Positions 62,960 through 64,000 of a stretch of DNA of 64,000 nucleotides are shown here, in pieces (the stretch's first letter is position 1; every line of letters begins with the position of its first letter). Location of the stretch: contig NC_092389.1 of the NCBI RefSeq assembly GCF_030028105.1, forward strand, positions 29,823,308-29,887,307. Direction: 5' to 3'. The position numbers and the translations under genes are program-made. The stretch comes from Mobula birostris. Taxonomy: Eukaryota. Under the pieces are notes generated by a model that saw nothing but the letters and a program-made list of their open reading frames with translations, had not been told where the DNA came from and ran no database searches.

Positions 62960-63861
62960 TGTGACGAGAATACACATAGATTAAGATGTTAAGCTGGCCT
63001 GTGCTGGCACCAGTGGGATCAGCAGTTGGTCTGCCACCTGTCTTCAGGAGAAAGAGAGATAAGGAAAACAATGGAGCAGCATTTGGAGATGTTAATGAAG
63101 GGACGGGAGAGTTTAACGGAAGGAGAGCTGTCAAGATCGGCTCCCCCTTTGAACCCTGAACTATTTGAAGTGATGGACAGGCGATACCCCAGCAGGGGGA
63201 TAAAAAGGGACAGGTTCGCTAAGGCAAGACACACACGACACCCCGAGGTAACGGGACCCTGGAAGCGGTGCGTCTCCCACAAGTCGGTGGGAAGTTTTGG
63301 AAGGCTGGTTGCGGGACCAAGCCATAGACGCACAGGGTGGAAAGGCACGATCAGGGGGAACCTGGTGTGTGTCCGCCCTTGCCTGGGTGCCAGGTTCACC
63401 GCAGAGAAATGATCGAACCTGGAAACGGAGGGGTCACGGTCAGTGACCTCAGAAGACATCACAAAGAGCTCGCCCGAAAGCTGACTGCGAAGAATATCGA
63501 AGGTCTGTGTGGAAGCCGTTTGAATATTCATTCGTTTTGCTCTCTCTCTCCTTCCCCCCCCCCCACTCTCCATCTCCCACGGCAGCGATTACTGCGAACT
63601 GAACTAAATTGAACTGAACTTTGCATCACTTTGAAACTGGTCATTTACCCCTAGACGACGATAGAGCTTGATTGATCTTGTTATCCTAATTGTGTGTACA
63701 TGTGTGTCTATCATTGCTGAACTGTTGCATTTATTATCCTTTTGATTAGAGTACTGTGTTGCTTGTTTCTTTAATAAAACTTTCTTAGTTCTAGTAATCC
63801 AGACTCCAACTGAGTGATCCATTTCTGCTGGTTTGGCAACCCAGTTACGGGGTATGTAACA
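62960..63861 (+). mobile_element. Solo LTR (same family as 17771-18620) nested in a CR1 tail, within the presumed last TIRAP intron
   Basis: TGTGACG...TGTAACA termini; near-TSD tctc/cctc; TATA-like gataaaa (~63198) and AATAAA at 63773. Confidence 0.88.
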
Positions 63862-64000
63862 CCTCTGAATCCCGTACTCCTTGCCCTCTAGTTCTCATCC
63901 TCTCTGATATAGGGAAAGGTTGCCTGCCCTGCAGTCTGCCTGTCTATACCCCTTATTAATCTTCTCCACCTCAGTCACATGCCCACTTGACTCCTCAGCT

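Noticed and set aside
63019-63612. Several overlapping ORFs (up to 184 aa)
   Set aside because: Inside a solo LTR and not preserved in the sister copy at 17771

Overview
Eukaryotic (vertebrate) genomic DNA, most likely a cartilaginous fish (batoid/ray-like; inferred from the HE1/V-SINE, CR1, Penelope and Rex1 repeat content). The window carries the SRPRA(-) / FOXRED1(+) / TIRAP(+) syntenic block known from human 11q24. It contains SRPRA coding exon 1, a complete 11-exon FOXRED1 gene (1500-nt CDS, 499 aa; exons 2-11 match the human exon lengths as I recall them) and most of TIRAP/Mal (TIR exon plus a proposed 5' exon chain; the last exon probably lies beyond the window). Much of the rest is decayed transposable elements: Penelope-like elements (PLEs) with minimal hammerhead ribozyme motifs, CR1, L1, Rex1/Babar, two solo LTRs, Tc1, Tigger/pogo, Chapaev3-like, V-SINEs and Deu-SINE-like relics. 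Most ORFs in the supplied track are TE fragments or spurious. Most notable: (1) TIRAP has Leu at the BB-loop Pro125 position; (2) an intact-core PLE hammerhead lies in sense orientation in FOXRED1 intron 6, among many degenerate copies; (3) two near-identical inverted ~1.7-kb PLE copies bracket FOXRED1 exons 2-6, a 648-nt frame-symmetric block; (4) a TIRAP intron read-through ORF starts at the same junction as the human long isoform; (5) the SRPRA/FOXRED1 head-to-head pair is ~9 kb apart, each gene with its own CpG-rich, CRE/UPRE-type promoter. All homology calls are by eye and from memory; no searches were run.
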